Below are positions 27,515 through 40,498 of a DNA stretch of 64,000 nucleotides, piece by piece (the stretch's first letter is position 1; each line of letters opens with the position of its first letter). Position numbers and translations under genes: made by a program. Source of the DNA: Escherichia coli (lineage in GTDB: Bacteria > Pseudomonadota > Gammaproteobacteria > Enterobacterales > Enterobacteriaceae); the NCBI RefSeq assembly GCF_051903065.1, contig NZ_CP178438.1; one strand, given 5' to 3'. The notes under the pieces were generated by a model. That model searched no databases and was not told the origin of the DNA. It worked only from the letters and a program-made list of their open reading frames with translations.

Positions 27515-27994
27515 ATGATGCTCGCGTTAGGTATGTTTGTTTTTATGCGCCAGACGCTGCCACACCAGACCATGCAGCGTGAATCAGATTATCGCTGGCC
27601 GTCAAATTCCCGTATCGGTAAACGGGATGCCTACCAGTTTCTCGGTGTGGGTGAGGAAAACATGACGCTGGCCGGTGTGCTTTATCCCGAACTGACCGGC
27701 GGCAAGCTGACGATGACCACGCTCAGGCTGATGGCAGAGGAAGGCCGGGCGTGGCCGTTGCTGGATGGCACCGGCATGATTTACGGCATGTATGTCATCA
27801 GCAGGGTGAATGAAACAGGGAGTATTTTCTTTGCAGACGGCACACCCCGGAAAATTGATTTTACGCTGTCGCTCACCCGCGTTGATGAATCACTGGCCGC
27901 GCTTTATGGCGATATCGGTAAACAGGCGGAATCGCTCATCGGTAAGGCCGGTAGTCTGGCGACCAGATTCACGGGGATGACGGAGGCGGGATAA
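27515..27994 (+). CDS. U: Tail protein gpU
   Basis: 159 aa, position. Confidence 0.88.
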   Translation: MMLALGMFVFMRQTLPHQTMQRESDYRWPSNSRIGKRDAYQFLGVGEENMTLAGVLYPELTGGKLTMTTLRLMAEEGRAWPLLDGTGMIYGMYVISRVNETGSIFFADGTPRKIDFTLSLTRVDESLAALYGDIGKQAESLIGKAGSLATRFTGMTEAG

Positions 27995-29157
27995 TGCTGG
28001 ATGCGCTGACATTTGATGCAGGCAGTACGCTGACGCCGGATTACATGCTGATGCTCGACAGCAGGGATATTACCGGTAATATCAGCGACCGTCTGATGAG
28101 CATGACCCTGACGGATAACCGGGGCTTTGAGGCTGACCAGCTTGATATTGAACTGAACGATGCCGACGGGCAGGTCGGGCTGCCGGTTCGTGGCGCTGTC
28201 CTGACGGTGTATATCGGCTGGAAAGGTTTTGCTCTGGTATGCAAAGGGAAATTTACCGTTGATGAGGTAGAACACCGGGGCGCGCCGGATGTGGTCACCA
28301 TCCGCGCCAGGAGTGCAGATTTTCGCGGGACGCTCAATTCCCGCCGTGAAGGCTCCTGGCATGACACCACGCTCGGTGCGATTGTTGAGGCGATAGCCTC
28401 CCGTAACAGGCTGGAAGCCAGTGTCGCTCCGTCACTGGCCGGAATTAAAATCCCGCACATCGACCAGTCACAGGAGTCTGATGCAAAATTCCTGACCCGC
28501 CTTGCTGAACGCAACGGCGGTGAGGTGTCGGTAAAAATGGGAAAACTGCTGTTTCTCAAAGCGGGGCAGGGGGTGACGGCCAGCGGTAAAAAAATCCCGC
28601 AGATTACCATCACCCGCAGCGACGGCGACCGTCATCATTTTGCGATTGCTGACCGTGGAGCCTACACCGGCGTAACGGCAAAGTGGTTACACACCAAAGA
28701 CCCGAAGCCGCAAAAGCAGAAGGTAAAACTGAAACGCAAAAAGAAAGAAAAACACCTGCGCGCACTGGAGCACCCGAAAGCAAAACCGGTCAGGCAGAAG
28801 AAAGCGCCAAAAGTACCGGAAGCGCGCGAAGGTGAATACATGGCCGGTGAGGCTGACAACGTTTTTGCCCTGACCACGGTATATGCCACGAAAGCACAGG
28901 CCATGCGTGCCGCTCAGGCGAAGTGGGATAAACTGCAACGGGGCGTTGCGGAGTTCTCCATCAGCCTGGCTACCGGTCGTGCTGATATTTACACGGAAAC
29001 ACCGGTTAAAGTATCAGGCTTTAAGCGCGTCATAGACGAGCAGGGCTGGACAATCACTAAGGTGACACATTTTCTGAATAATAGCGGCTTCACGACGTCC
29101 TTAGAGCTTGAGGTCAGGCTTTCTGATGTGGAGTACGAAACAGAAGATGATGAGTGA
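27994..29157 (+). CDS. D: Tail protein gpD (late gene control D)
   Basis: 387 aa, position. Confidence 0.88.
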   Translation: MLDALTFDAGSTLTPDYMLMLDSRDITGNISDRLMSMTLTDNRGFEADQLDIELNDADGQVGLPVRGAVLTVYIGWKGFALVCKGKFTVDEVEHRGAPDVVTIRARSADFRGTLNSRREGSWHDTTLGAIVEAIASRNRLEASVAPSLAGIKIPHIDQSQESDAKFLTRLAERNGGEVSVKMGKLLFLKAGQGVTASGKKIPQITITRSDGDRHHFAIADRGAYTGVTAKWLHTKDPKPQKQKVKLKRKKKEKHLRALEHPKAKPVRQKKAPKVPEAREGEYMAGEADNVFALTTVYATKAQAMRAAQAKWDKLQRGVAEFSISLATGRADIYTETPVKVSGFKRVIDEQGWTITKVTHFLNNSGFTTSLELEVRLSDVEYETEDDE

Positions 29158-29238
29158 TGTTTTTATTTTATCTGTTTGTTTTATAAGGATAAATTAACTA
29201 AAATGGCACCATCAACAAAACCGGAAGAGGTGCTCGCG

Positions 29239-29457
29239 ATGTTTCATTGTCCTTTATGCCAGCATGCCGCACATGCGCGTACAAGCCGCTATATCACTGA
29301 CACGACAAAAGAGCGTTATCACCAGTGTCAGAACGTGAATTGCAGCGCCACATTCATCACTTATGAGTCGGTACAGCGATACATCGTGAAGCCGGGAGAA
29401 GTCCACGCCGTAAGACCGCACCCGTTGCCGTCAGGGCAGCAAATTATGTGGATGTAA
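29239..29457 (+). CDS. ogr: Late transcription activator Ogr (zinc finger)
   Basis: 72 aa from MFHCPLCQH; Cys pairs CPLC ... CQNVNC; ORF track's longer upstream start not used. Confidence 0.85.
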   Translation: MFHCPLCQHAAHARTSRYITDTTKERYHQCQNVNCSATFITYESVQRYIVKPGEVHAVRPHPLPSGQQIMWM

Positions 29458-29465
29458 TTACAAAC

Positions 29466-29496
29466 AGGAAGCCCCTCAGTCGAGGGGCTTTTTTGT
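29466..29496 (+). terminator. Rho-independent terminator after ogr
   Basis: GAAGCCCCTC-AGTC-GAGGGGCTTTTTTG. Confidence 0.75.
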
Positions 29497-29695
29497 CGAT
29501 GTGGTCAATGTGTGGACGTGACCAGAAATAAATCCTTTTATTTCATGTGATTAGATATCAAAAAATGTCACCAATAACTGACATTGCGGTGTTTCTCCAG
29601 ATGTGGCCCATCTGAGGCCGTGTTGGTGCGCAGCTCGAAGGCTACGTCGAGTCTGTTTTGGCAGTCACCTTAAAGTATAGATAGCTGACAAAAAA

Positions 29696-29738
29696 GGCTC
29701 TCGTGCTAAAAAAGGCCCCACTTTCGTGGAGCCTTTAT
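29696..29738 (-). terminator. Rho-independent terminator of pflB
   Basis: Minus-strand hairpin GGCTCCACGAAAGTGGGGCC followed by TTTTTT, just 3' of the pflB stop. Confidence 0.6.
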
Positions 29739-29775
29739 TGTACGCTTTTTACTGTACGATTTCAGTCAAATCTAA

Positions 29776-32058
<2,283 letters not shown>

Positions 32059-32112
32059 GTAACACCTACCTTCTTAAGTGGATTTTTTATTTACTGCGTA
32101 CTTCGACAACCA

Positions 32113-32970
32113 TTAATGGTGATCGTTTTCACGCAGGTAAATGACCCAGTATGTCAACCCAACCAACAAACCACCGCCGATAATATTACCGATCGTAACC
32201 GGAATCAGGTTATCAGTGATGAAGTTCATCACGGTCAGGTGAGAAAAATTTTCCGGTGCAGAACCGACAGCGGTCCAGAATTCCGGAGATGCGAAGTCGC
32301 GGATTACAATACCCATCGGGATCATAAACATGTTTGCGATACTGTGCTCAAAACCGCTGGCAACAAACATCGCGACCGGCAGCACCATAATAAACGCTTT
32401 GTCCATCAGGCTGCGGCCAGAATAACTCATCCATACTGCCAGACATACCATCAGGTTTGCCAGGATACCAAGGCAGACGGCCTCAATAAAAGTATGGTGC
32501 ACTTTGTGGTCGGCGGTTTGTAGGACGTTTAGTCCCCATTGACCATTTGCGGTCATATACTCGCCGGAAAGCCACATTAAAAGTACAAACAGCAGTGCGC
32601 CGACCAGGTTGCCAAAATAGACATTTAGCCAGTTTTTAGCCAACTGACCCCAGGTGATGCGCCCACTCGCCTTAGCAACAACAATCAACACTGTGGAAGT
32701 AAAGAGATCGGCTCCGCAGACAACACAAAGAATCAGCCCCAGAGAGAAGCAAATGCCGCCAACCAGTTTTGCCATGCCGAAGGGCATTGTGCCTGTGCCA
32801 GTGGTTGCTGTGATATAGAAGACGAATGCGATTGAGATGAAAACACCGGCGGTAATCGCCAGATAGAAAGTCTTAAGCGGATGTTTCGTTGCTTTATAGA
32901 CACCCGCCTCTTCGGCCACTTTGGCCATTGCAGCAGGAAGTAAAAGATCAAAAGGGTTGTCAGCTTTCAC
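32113..32970 (-). CDS. focA: Formate channel FocA
   Basis: 285 aa from GTG start (VKADNPFDLL); ORF-track N-terminal extension is not coding. Confidence 0.93.
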   Translation of the reverse strand: MKADNPFDLLLPAAMAKVAEEAGVYKATKHPLKTFYLAITAGVFISIAFVFYITATTGTGTMPFGMAKLVGGICFSLGLILCVVCGADLFTSTVLIVVAKASGRITWGQLAKNWLNVYFGNLVGALLFVLLMWLSGEYMTANGQWGLNVLQTADHKVHHTFIEAVCLGILANLMVCLAVWMSYSGRSLMDKAFIMVLPVAMFVASGFEHSIANMFMIPMGIVIRDFASPEFWTAVGSAPENFSHLTVMNFITDNLIPVTIGNIIGGGLLVGLTYWVIYLRENDHH

Positions 32971-33375
32971 ACTAACTCTCTCTTTATTAAGTCGGCGACG
33001 AGATACTAACAAAGCATTATAGATGAGAAATTGATATAGATCATATCTCGCCTGGCTTATAGGCCCGTAACTCGCATGGTTTTTATGCAAATACGGAGTA
33101 AATATTTGATTATCCAAATAAAAATAAATTTTAAAAATTAACAAATGAGTTGAATTTTTTCCGCATCCTCCGCTAAAACAGTTAATTAAAAGGGAGCACC
33201 AGGCGAATAAAGTAACAATATCGATCGTATTTATTAAATACAAATTACCGATATTTAACCTTATAATTACAATTATTTTATTAATGCAAATATATGTAAA
33301 GCGGGGCATTAAAAAAACGCCCCGTAATATAACTCAGACGAATCATTAAGCCTACATTGCGTAGGCTATTTGATT

Positions 33376-35136
33376 TTATTTTGCCCAGAATGCTGCTTTG
33401 GCGCGCTGCAGCTTTTCGTAGGCCTTCAACAGCGACTGATGTGCAGCAAACGCGTGCAGATCGCTATCTACTGGTTGCAAGCCATAAAACGCCGCTTCGC
33501 CGCTCATTGCCGCACTGGCGGCTTCCACGGCATCTGCGCCGTACATGCGAACAAACGCATTCAGATATTGCAGCGGCTGGCGATCTTCTTCCTGTGCCAG
33601 TAATAACAACGTTTGCAGGCAGCGATAATAGTTGGCGCGTTCCGGGCTGAATACCGATGAGTTAAACTCCATCGTCCATTCGGTCCAGACCAGAGCCTGT
33701 TCCAGATCGCCACCAGCCAGCGCCAGCATGGCTTTTAATTCACCGATACGCAGGGTGTACCAACCGTTATCCGACCCGGTCGCCAGACCCAACAGCTCAC
33801 GCACGCGGGTAAAGTCATCAAAACCTTCTTCATCCAGTTGCTCGATGAGGTTCAGGTAATCTTCTTTTTCCCACTCGCTGCCTGGTAGCGAAAGAATCGT
33901 TTCACGTAAATGGCTGCCCATACTGTTATTCGCGAGCCACAGATCTTCAGCCGGATAAATATCGGACATGCCAGGCACGATAATACGGCAAGCATAAACG
34001 CCCAGATGCTCGTAATCGGCAATATAAACTTCTTTATCTTCTTTGTTGAAGATAGCCATCAGCGTAGCAAACTCTTCTTCCGTGGTGCCGGAGAAATTCC
34101 AGTCCACAAACGGATAATCGGCATCCTGCTTGAACAGGTCCCAGGAGATTAAACCGCTGGAATCGATAAAGTGCGTTTCGAGGTTGGTATGTTCAGCGAC
34201 TTCTTCATCATCGAAGGTTGGCGGAGTAAACACATCCAAATCTTTCAGGCCACGACCTTGCAGCAGCTCGGTCACTGTACGTTCCAGTGCTACGCCAAAA
34301 TCAGGATGCGCACCGAAAGAGGCAAAGCAGGTGCCGTTAGCAGGATTAAACAGTACCACGCAAATCACCGGATACTGGCCGCCAAGGGAACCATCATATG
34401 CGAAGATCGGGAAACCTTCTGCTTCCAGTGTTTCGATCGCTTCAACCACCGCTGGGTAACGCGCCAGCACGTCTGCCGGGATTTCCGGCAAGCTGATGCT
34501 TTCAGCAATAATGCGGTTTTTCACGTAGCGTTCGAAAACTTCGGACAACCCCTGAACGCGTGCTTCGTTACGGGTATTGCCAGCAGACATACCGTTAGAA
34601 ACGTACAGGTTACCAATGATATTCATCGGAATATAAACGGTCTGATTGTCGGACTGGCGCGTAAACGGCAGACCGCAAATACCACGATCTTCGTTACCGG
34701 ATTGTAGGTCAATCAGCATACTGCCGGTCAATTCATTCTCCGGATCGTAAAATGCGCGCAGACGGTCATCGAGCAGCCCTTCTGGCACATCGTCATTTTC
34801 GGTCAGTGGGAACCATTTTTCGTTGGGATAATGCACAAATGGACCGTTGGCGATGGTTTCGCCCAGCCAGAAATCAGCAAAAAAGTAGTTGGTTGAGAGA
34901 CGCTCGAAATATTCACCGAGTGCAGAAGCCAGCGCCGCTTTCTTGGTTGCGCCTTTACCGTTGGTAAAACACAGTGCGCACTCTTTGTCGCGAATATGTA
35001 CAGACCAGACGTTAGGCACGGGATTCAGCCAGGAGGCCTCTTCAATCTGAAAGCCGAGGTCTGAAAGTTTTTGCTGGAAGCGAGCGATGGAATCTTCCAG
35101 TGCGGCATCTTTGCCGGGGATAAATGTTTGCGTCAT
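33376..35136 (-). CDS. ycaO: YcaO-domain protein (RimO accessory factor)
   Basis: 586 aa from MTQTFIPGKDAALED. Confidence 0.92.
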   Translation of the reverse strand: MTQTFIPGKDAALEDSIARFQQKLSDLGFQIEEASWLNPVPNVWSVHIRDKECALCFTNGKGATKKAALASALGEYFERLSTNYFFADFWLGETIANGPFVHYPNEKWFPLTENDDVPEGLLDDRLRAFYDPENELTGSMLIDLQSGNEDRGICGLPFTRQSDNQTVYIPMNIIGNLYVSNGMSAGNTRNEARVQGLSEVFERYVKNRIIAESISLPEIPADVLARYPAVVEAIETLEAEGFPIFAYDGSLGGQYPVICVVLFNPANGTCFASFGAHPDFGVALERTVTELLQGRGLKDLDVFTPPTFDDEEVAEHTNLETHFIDSSGLISWDLFKQDADYPFVDWNFSGTTEEEFATLMAIFNKEDKEVYIADYEHLGVYACRIIVPGMSDIYPAEDLWLANNSMGSHLRETILSLPGSEWEKEDYLNLIEQLDEEGFDDFTRVRELLGLATGSDNGWYTLRIGELKAMLALAGGDLEQALVWTEWTMEFNSSVFSPERANYYRCLQTLLLLAQEEDRQPLQYLNAFVRMYGADAVEAASAAMSGEAAFYGLQPVDSDLHAFAAHQSLLKAYEKLQRAKAAFWAK

Positions 35137-35265
35137 GAAAATCACTTTAGTCGTACGGAAAGCGCGCAATAATACGGGTTTTATCTCAAAGGCGCTATCA
35201 CCGCCGCCATGCCGATGAACTGTTGACTATGCTTTTAGCGGATAAACCACGTTAAGAGCATAAAA

Positions 35266-35958
35266 ATGAAGGCGTTCGATCTCCACCGTATGGCATTTGA
35301 TAAAGTGCCTTTTGATTTCCTTGGCGAAGTTGCACTACGTAGTCTGTATACCTTTGTACTGGTTTTTTTGTTCCTCAAAATGACCGGAAGACGCGGAGTG
35401 CGGCAGATGTCGCTGTTTGAAGTGTTAATCATTCTGACGCTGGGGTCAGCGGCGGGAGATGTGGCGTTTTATGATGATGTGCCGATGGTCCCGGTACTTA
35501 TCGTCTTTATTACTCTGGCGTTGTTATACCGCCTGGTAATGTGGTTGATGGCACACAGTGAAAAACTGGAAGATCTTCTGGAAGGTAAGCCGGTTGTCAT
35601 TATTGAAGATGGCGAGCTGGCCTGGTCGAAACTCAATAACTCCAACATGACGGAATTTGAGTTCTTTATGGAGCTACGATTGCGCGGTGTAGAGCAGTTG
35701 GGGCAAGTACGTCTGGCGATTCTCGAAACCAACGGGCAAATCAGTGTCTATTTCTTTGAAGATGACAAGGTGAAACCGGGTTTACTTATTTTACCCAGTG
35801 ATTGTACGCAGCGTTACAAAGTGGTGCCGGAGTCGGCGGACTATGCCTGTATTCGTTGTAGTGAAATCATTCATATGAAAGCGGGGGAAAAACAATTATG
35901 TCCGCGCTGTGCAAATCCAGAATGGACGAAGGCAAGTCGGGCAAAACGGGTGACCTGA
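35266..35958 (+). CDS. ycaP: DUF421 inner membrane protein YcaP
   Basis: 230 aa, conserved neighbour of serC. Confidence 0.9.
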   Translation: MKAFDLHRMAFDKVPFDFLGEVALRSLYTFVLVFLFLKMTGRRGVRQMSLFEVLIILTLGSAAGDVAFYDDVPMVPVLIVFITLALLYRLVMWLMAHSEKLEDLLEGKPVVIIEDGELAWSKLNNSNMTEFEFFMELRLRGVEQLGQVRLAILETNGQISVYFFEDDKVKPGLLILPSDCTQRYKVVPESADYACIRCSEIIHMKAGEKQLCPRCANPEWTKASRAKRVT

Positions 35959-36156
35959 CAGTAAAAACATCGGCTTTTTGCTAATAATCCGAGAGATTCT
36001 TTTGTGTGATGCAAGCCACATTTTTGCCCTCCACGGTTTTACTCATTGCGATGTGTGTCACTGAATGATAAAACCGATAGCCACAGGAATAATGTATTAC
36101 CTGTGGTCGCAATCGATTGACCGCGGGTTAATAGCAACGCAACGTGGTGAGGGGAA

Positions 36157-37245
36157 ATGGCTCAAATCTTCAATTTTAGTTCTGGTCCGGCAATGCTACC
36201 GGCAGAGGTGCTTAAACAGGCTCAACAGGAACTGCGCGACTGGAACGGTCTTGGTACGTCGGTGATGGAAGTGAGTCACCGTGGCAAAGAGTTCATTCAG
36301 GTTGCAGAGGAAGCCGAGAAGGATTTTCGCGATCTTCTTAATGTCCCCTCCAACTACAAGGTATTATTCTGCCATGGCGGTGGTCGCGGTCAGTTTGCTG
36401 CGGTACCGCTGAATATTCTCGGTGATAAAACCACCGCAGATTATGTTGATGCCGGTTACTGGGCGGCAAGTGCCATTAAAGAAGCGAAAAAATACTGCAC
36501 GCCTAATGTCTTTGACGCCAAAGTGACTGTTGATGGTCTGCGCGCGGTTAAGCCAATGCGTGAATGGCAACTCTCTGATAATGCTGCTTATATGCATTAC
36601 TGCCCGAATGAAACCATCGACGGTATCGCCATCGACGAAACGCCAGACTTCGGCAAAGATGTGGTGGTTGCCGCCGACTTCTCTTCAACCATTCTTTCCC
36701 GTCCGATTGACGTCAGCCGTTATGGCGTGATTTACGCTGGCGCGCAGAAAAATATCGGCCCGGCAGGCCTGACAATCGTCATCGTCCGTGAAGATTTGCT
36801 GGGCAAAGCGAATGTCGCGTGTCCGTCGATTCTGGATTATTCCATCCTCAACGATAATGGCTCCATGTTTAACACGCCGCCGACATTTGCCTGGTATCTG
36901 TCTGGTCTGGTCTTTAAATGGCTGAAAGCGAACGGCGGTGTAGCTGAAATGGATAAAATCAATCATCAAAAAGCAGAACTGCTATATGGGGTGATTGATA
37001 ACAGCGATTTCTACCGCAATGACGTGGCGAAAGCTAACCGTTCGCGGATGAACGTGCCGTTCCAGTTGGCGGACAGTGCGCTTGACAAATTGTTCCTTGA
37101 AGAGTCTTTTGCTGCAGGCCTTCATGCACTGAAAGGTCACCGTGTGGTCGGCGGAATGCGCGCGTCTATTTATAATGCCATGCCGCTGGAAGGCGTTAAA
37201 GCGCTGACAGACTTCATGGTTGAGTTCGAACGCCGTCACGGTTAA
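36157..37245 (+). CDS. serC: Phosphoserine aminotransferase
   Basis: 362 aa [15 protein letters not shown]. Confidence 0.97.
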   Translation: MAQIFNFSSGPAMLPAEVLKQAQQELRDWNGLGTSVMEVSHRGKEFIQVAEEAEKDFRDLLNVPSNYKVLFCHGGGRGQFAAVPLNILGDKTTADYVDAGYWAASAIKEAKKYCTPNVFDAKVTVDGLRAVKPMREWQLSDNAAYMHYCPNETIDGIAIDETPDFGKDVVVAADFSSTILSRPIDVSRYGVIYAGAQKNIGPAGLTIVIVREDLLGKANVACPSILDYSILNDNGSMFNTPPTFAWYLSGLVFKWLKANGGVAEMDKINHQKAELLYGVIDNSDFYRNDVAKANRSRMNVPFQLADSALDKLFLEESFAAGLHALKGHRVVGGMRASIYNAMPLEGVKALTDFMVEFERRHG

Positions 37246-37263
37246 TGCCGAAATTTTGCTTAA

Positions 37264-37296
37264 TCCCCACAGCCAGCCTGTGGGGTTTTTATTTCT
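37264..37296 (+). terminator. Terminator/attenuator between serC and aroA
   Basis: CCCCACAG-CCAGC-CTGTGGGG followed by TTTTTATTT. Confidence 0.6.
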
Positions 37297-37315
37297 GTTG
37301 TAGAGAGTTGAGTTC

Positions 37316-38599
37316 ATGGAATCCCTGACGTTACAACCCATCGCTCGTGTCGATGGCACTATTAATCTGCCCGGTTCCAAGAGCGTTTCTAACCGCGCTT
37401 TATTGCTGGCGGCATTAGCACACGGCAAAACAGTATTAACCAATCTGCTGGATAGCGATGACGTGCGCCATATGCTGAATGCATTAACAGCGTTAGGGGT
37501 AAGCTATACGCTTTCAGCCGATCGTACACGTTGCGAAATTATCGGTAACGGCGGTCCATTACACGCAGAAGGTGCCCTGGAGTTGTTCCTCGGTAACGCC
37601 GGAACGGCAATGCGTCCGCTGGCGGCAGCTCTTTGTCTGGGTAGCAATGATATTGTGCTGACCGGTGAGCCGCGTATGAAAGAGCGCCCGATTGGTCATC
37701 TGGTGGATGCGCTGCGCCTGGGCGGGGCGAAGATCACTTACCTGGAACAAGAAAATTATCCGCCGTTGCGTTTACAGGGCGGCTTTACTGGCGGCAACGT
37801 TGACGTTGATGGCTCCGTTTCCAGCCAATTCCTCACCGCACTGTTAATGACTGCGCCTCTTGCGCCGGAAGATACGGTGATTCGTATTAAAGGCGATCTG
37901 GTTTCTAAACCTTATATCGACATCACACTCAATCTGATGAAGACGTTTGGTGTTGAAATTGAAAATCAGCACTATCAACAATTTGTCGTAAAAGGCGGGC
38001 AGTCTTATCAGTCTCCGGGTACTTATTTGGTCGAAGGCGATGCATCTTCGGCTTCTTACTTTCTGGCAGCAGCAGCAATCAAAGGCGGCACTGTAAAAGT
38101 GACCGGTATTGGACGTAACAGTATGCAGGGTGATATTCGCTTTGCTGATGTGCTGGAAAAAATGGGCGCGACCATTTGCTGGGGCGATGATTATATTTCC
38201 TGTACGCGTGGTGAACTGAACGCTATTGATATGGATATGAACCATATTCCCGATGCGGCGATGACCATTGCCACCGCGGCGTTATTTGCAAAAGGCACCA
38301 CCACGCTGCGCAATATCTATAACTGGCGTGTTAAAGAGACCGATCGCCTGTTTGCGATGGCAACAGAACTGCGTAAAGTCGGTGCGGAAGTAGAAGAGGG
38401 GCACGATTACATTCGTATCACTCCACCGGAAAAACTGAACTTTGCCGAGATCGCGACATACAATGATCACCGGATGGCGATGTGTTTTTCGCTGGTGGCG
38501 TTGTCAGATACACCAGTGACGATTCTTGATCCCAAATGTACGGCCAAAACATTTCCGGATTATTTCGAGCAGCTGGCGCGGATTAGCCAGGCAGCCTGA
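37316..38599 (+). CDS. aroA: 3-phosphoshikimate 1-carboxyvinyltransferase (EPSP synthase)
   Basis: 427 aa [23 protein letters not shown]. Confidence 0.97.
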   Translation: MESLTLQPIARVDGTINLPGSKSVSNRALLLAALAHGKTVLTNLLDSDDVRHMLNALTALGVSYTLSADRTRCEIIGNGGPLHAEGALELFLGNAGTAMRPLAAALCLGSNDIVLTGEPRMKERPIGHLVDALRLGGAKITYLEQENYPPLRLQGGFTGGNVDVDGSVSSQFLTALLMTAPLAPEDTVIRIKGDLVSKPYIDITLNLMKTFGVEIENQHYQQFVVKGGQSYQSPGTYLVEGDASSASYFLAAAAIKGGTVKVTGIGRNSMQGDIRFADVLEKMGATICWGDDYISCTRGELNAIDMDMNHIPDAAMTIATAALFAKGTTTLRNIYNWRVKETDRLFAMATELRKVGAEVEEGHDYIRITPPEKLNFAEIATYNDHRMAMCFSLVALSDTPVTILDPKCTAKTFPDYFEQLARISQAA

Positions 38600-38640
38600 A
38601 TGAGCAACGGGCAATAAATAGCCAAATCTTTCTTTATCAA

Positions 38641-38672
38641 AACGCCGGCACATTGCCGGCGTTTTTTTTCGG
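38641..38672 (+). terminator. Rho-independent terminator after aroA
   Basis: GCCGGC-ACATT-GCCGGC followed by TTTTTTTT. Confidence 0.75.
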
Positions 38673-38767
38673 ACCTTGTGAGTCATTTTGATTAATGGTA
38701 GCGTCGCTTGTCAATGTAAGTTGTTGATACATAATATTTATATATGATTAATCAACGGATGATTCAC

Positions 38768-39532
38768 ATGAAGAATACTAAATTACTGCTGGCGATTGCG
38801 ACCTCTGCAGCATTACTGACAGGGTGTCAAAATACCCACGGTATTGATACCAATATGGCTATCAGCTCCGGTTTAAATGCCTATAAAGCAGCAACGTTAA
38901 GCGATGCCGATGCAAAAGCGATTGCCAATCAGGGCTGTGCCGAAATGGACAGCGGCAATCAAGTCGCAAGTAAATCCAGCAAGTACGGTAAACGTCTGGC
39001 AAAAATCGCCAAAGCATTGGGTAACAATATTAATGGCACGCCGGTCAACTATAAGGTTTATATGACCAGCGACGTCAACGCATGGGCGATGGCGAACGGC
39101 TGTGTTCGTGTTTACAGTGGCCTGATGGACATGATGAACGATAACGAAATTGAAGGCGTTCTGGGCCATGAACTGGGCCACGTCGCGTTGGGTCACTCGC
39201 TGGCTGAAATGAAAGCTTCTTATGCGATCGTTGCCGCACGCGATGCCATTTCAGCTACCAGCGGTGTGGCTTCCCAGCTTTCCCGCTCACAATTAGGCGA
39301 TATCGCAGAAGGCGCTATCAATGCTAAATACTCCCGTGATAAAGAGTCCGAAGCAGATGATTTCTCCTTTGATCTGTTGAAGAAACGTGGCATCAGCACC
39401 CAGGGGCTGGTTGGCAGCTTTGAAAAACTGGCTAGCCTGGATGGCGGTCGCACCCAGTCCATGTTTGACTCTCACCCACCATCAACAGAGCGTGCGCAAC
39501 ACATCCGTGATCGTATCGCCTCTGGTAAGTAA
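38768..39532 (+). CDS. ycaL: M48-family metalloprotease lipoprotein YcaL
   Basis: 254 aa from MKNTKLLLAIATSAALLTGC (lipobox); HELGH zinc motif. Confidence 0.92.
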   Translation: MKNTKLLLAIATSAALLTGCQNTHGIDTNMAISSGLNAYKAATLSDADAKAIANQGCAEMDSGNQVASKSSKYGKRLAKIAKALGNNINGTPVNYKVYMTSDVNAWAMANGCVRVYSGLMDMMNDNEIEGVLGHELGHVALGHSLAEMKASYAIVAARDAISATSGVASQLSRSQLGDIAEGAINAKYSRDKESEADDFSFDLLKKRGISTQGLVGSFEKLASLDGGRTQSMFDSHPPSTERAQHIRDRIASGK

Positions 39533-39704
39533 ATCATTGTCATCTTTCGGGCTGGTCTTCTGCCAGCCCGCTATAATTGCGCAATAAATCCCCATCTGAA
39601 TACAGACAAAACTGGTTTTTGCACACAACGTTAACGATTTGTGGCGTCGGCGCGTATAATGCGCGCGGTTATGTTAACGGTACGCCTGTTTTAAGGAGAT
39701 AAAG

Positions 39705-40388
39705 ATGACGGCAATTGCCCCGGTTATTACCATTGATGGCCCAAGCGGTGCAGGGAAAGGCACCTTGTGTAAGGCTATGGCGGAAGCGTTGCAATGGCAT
39801 CTGCTGGACTCGGGTGCAATTTATCGCGTACTGGCACTAGCGGCATTACATCACCATGTTGATGTTGCTTCGGAAGATGCGCTGGTGCCGCTGGCATCCC
39901 ATCTGGATGTACGTTTTGTGTCGACCAATGGCAATCTGGAAGTGATCCTCGAAGGGGAAGATGTCAGCGGCGAAATTCGTACTCAGGAAGTGGCGAATGC
40001 TGCTTCACAAGTCGCGGCATTCCCACGCGTTCGTGAAGCATTATTGCGTCGCCAACGCGCGTTTCGCGAATTACCAGGCCTGATTGCCGATGGCCGCGAC
40101 ATGGGAACGGTGGTATTCCCTGATGCGCCAGTGAAAATTTTCCTTGACGCCTCCTCGGAAGAACGTGCGCATCGCCGCATGCTACAGTTGCAGGAGAAGG
40201 GCTTTAGTGTTAACTTTGAGCGCCTTTTGGCCGAGATCAAAGAACGCGACGACCGCGATCGTAACCGAGCGGTAGCGCCACTGGTTCCGGCAGCCGATGC
40301 TTTAGTGTTGGATTCCACCACCTTAAGCATTGAGCAAGTGATTGAAAAAACGCTACAATACGCGCGCCAGAAATTGGCTCTCGCATAA
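39705..40388 (+). CDS. cmk: Cytidylate kinase
   Basis: 227 aa; P-loop GPSGAGKGT. Confidence 0.96.
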   Translation: MTAIAPVITIDGPSGAGKGTLCKAMAEALQWHLLDSGAIYRVLALAALHHHVDVASEDALVPLASHLDVRFVSTNGNLEVILEGEDVSGEIRTQEVANAASQVAAFPRVREALLRRQRAFRELPGLIADGRDMGTVVFPDAPVKIFLDASSEERAHRRMLQLQEKGFSVNFERLLAEIKERDDRDRNRAVAPLVPAADALVLDSTTLSIEQVIEKTLQYARQKLALA

Positions 40389-40498
40389 GCGACCGAATTT
40401 GCAGTACCCCCGTTGCAATGGAATGACAGCGGGTATGTTAAACAACCCCATCCGGCATGGAGCCAGGTGGACGTTAAATATAAACCTGAAGATTAAAC

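Noticed and set aside
29497-29700. Possible tRNA or att core at the prophage right junction
   Set aside because: No cloverleaf-compatible segment or recognisable att core could be identified by eye; left as an unannotated junction
32113-33309. 398-aa extended focA ORF and 33357..33650 small ORFs
   Set aside because: FocA starts at the GTG giving VKADNPF (285 aa); the upstream extension runs through the AT-rich focA promoter region
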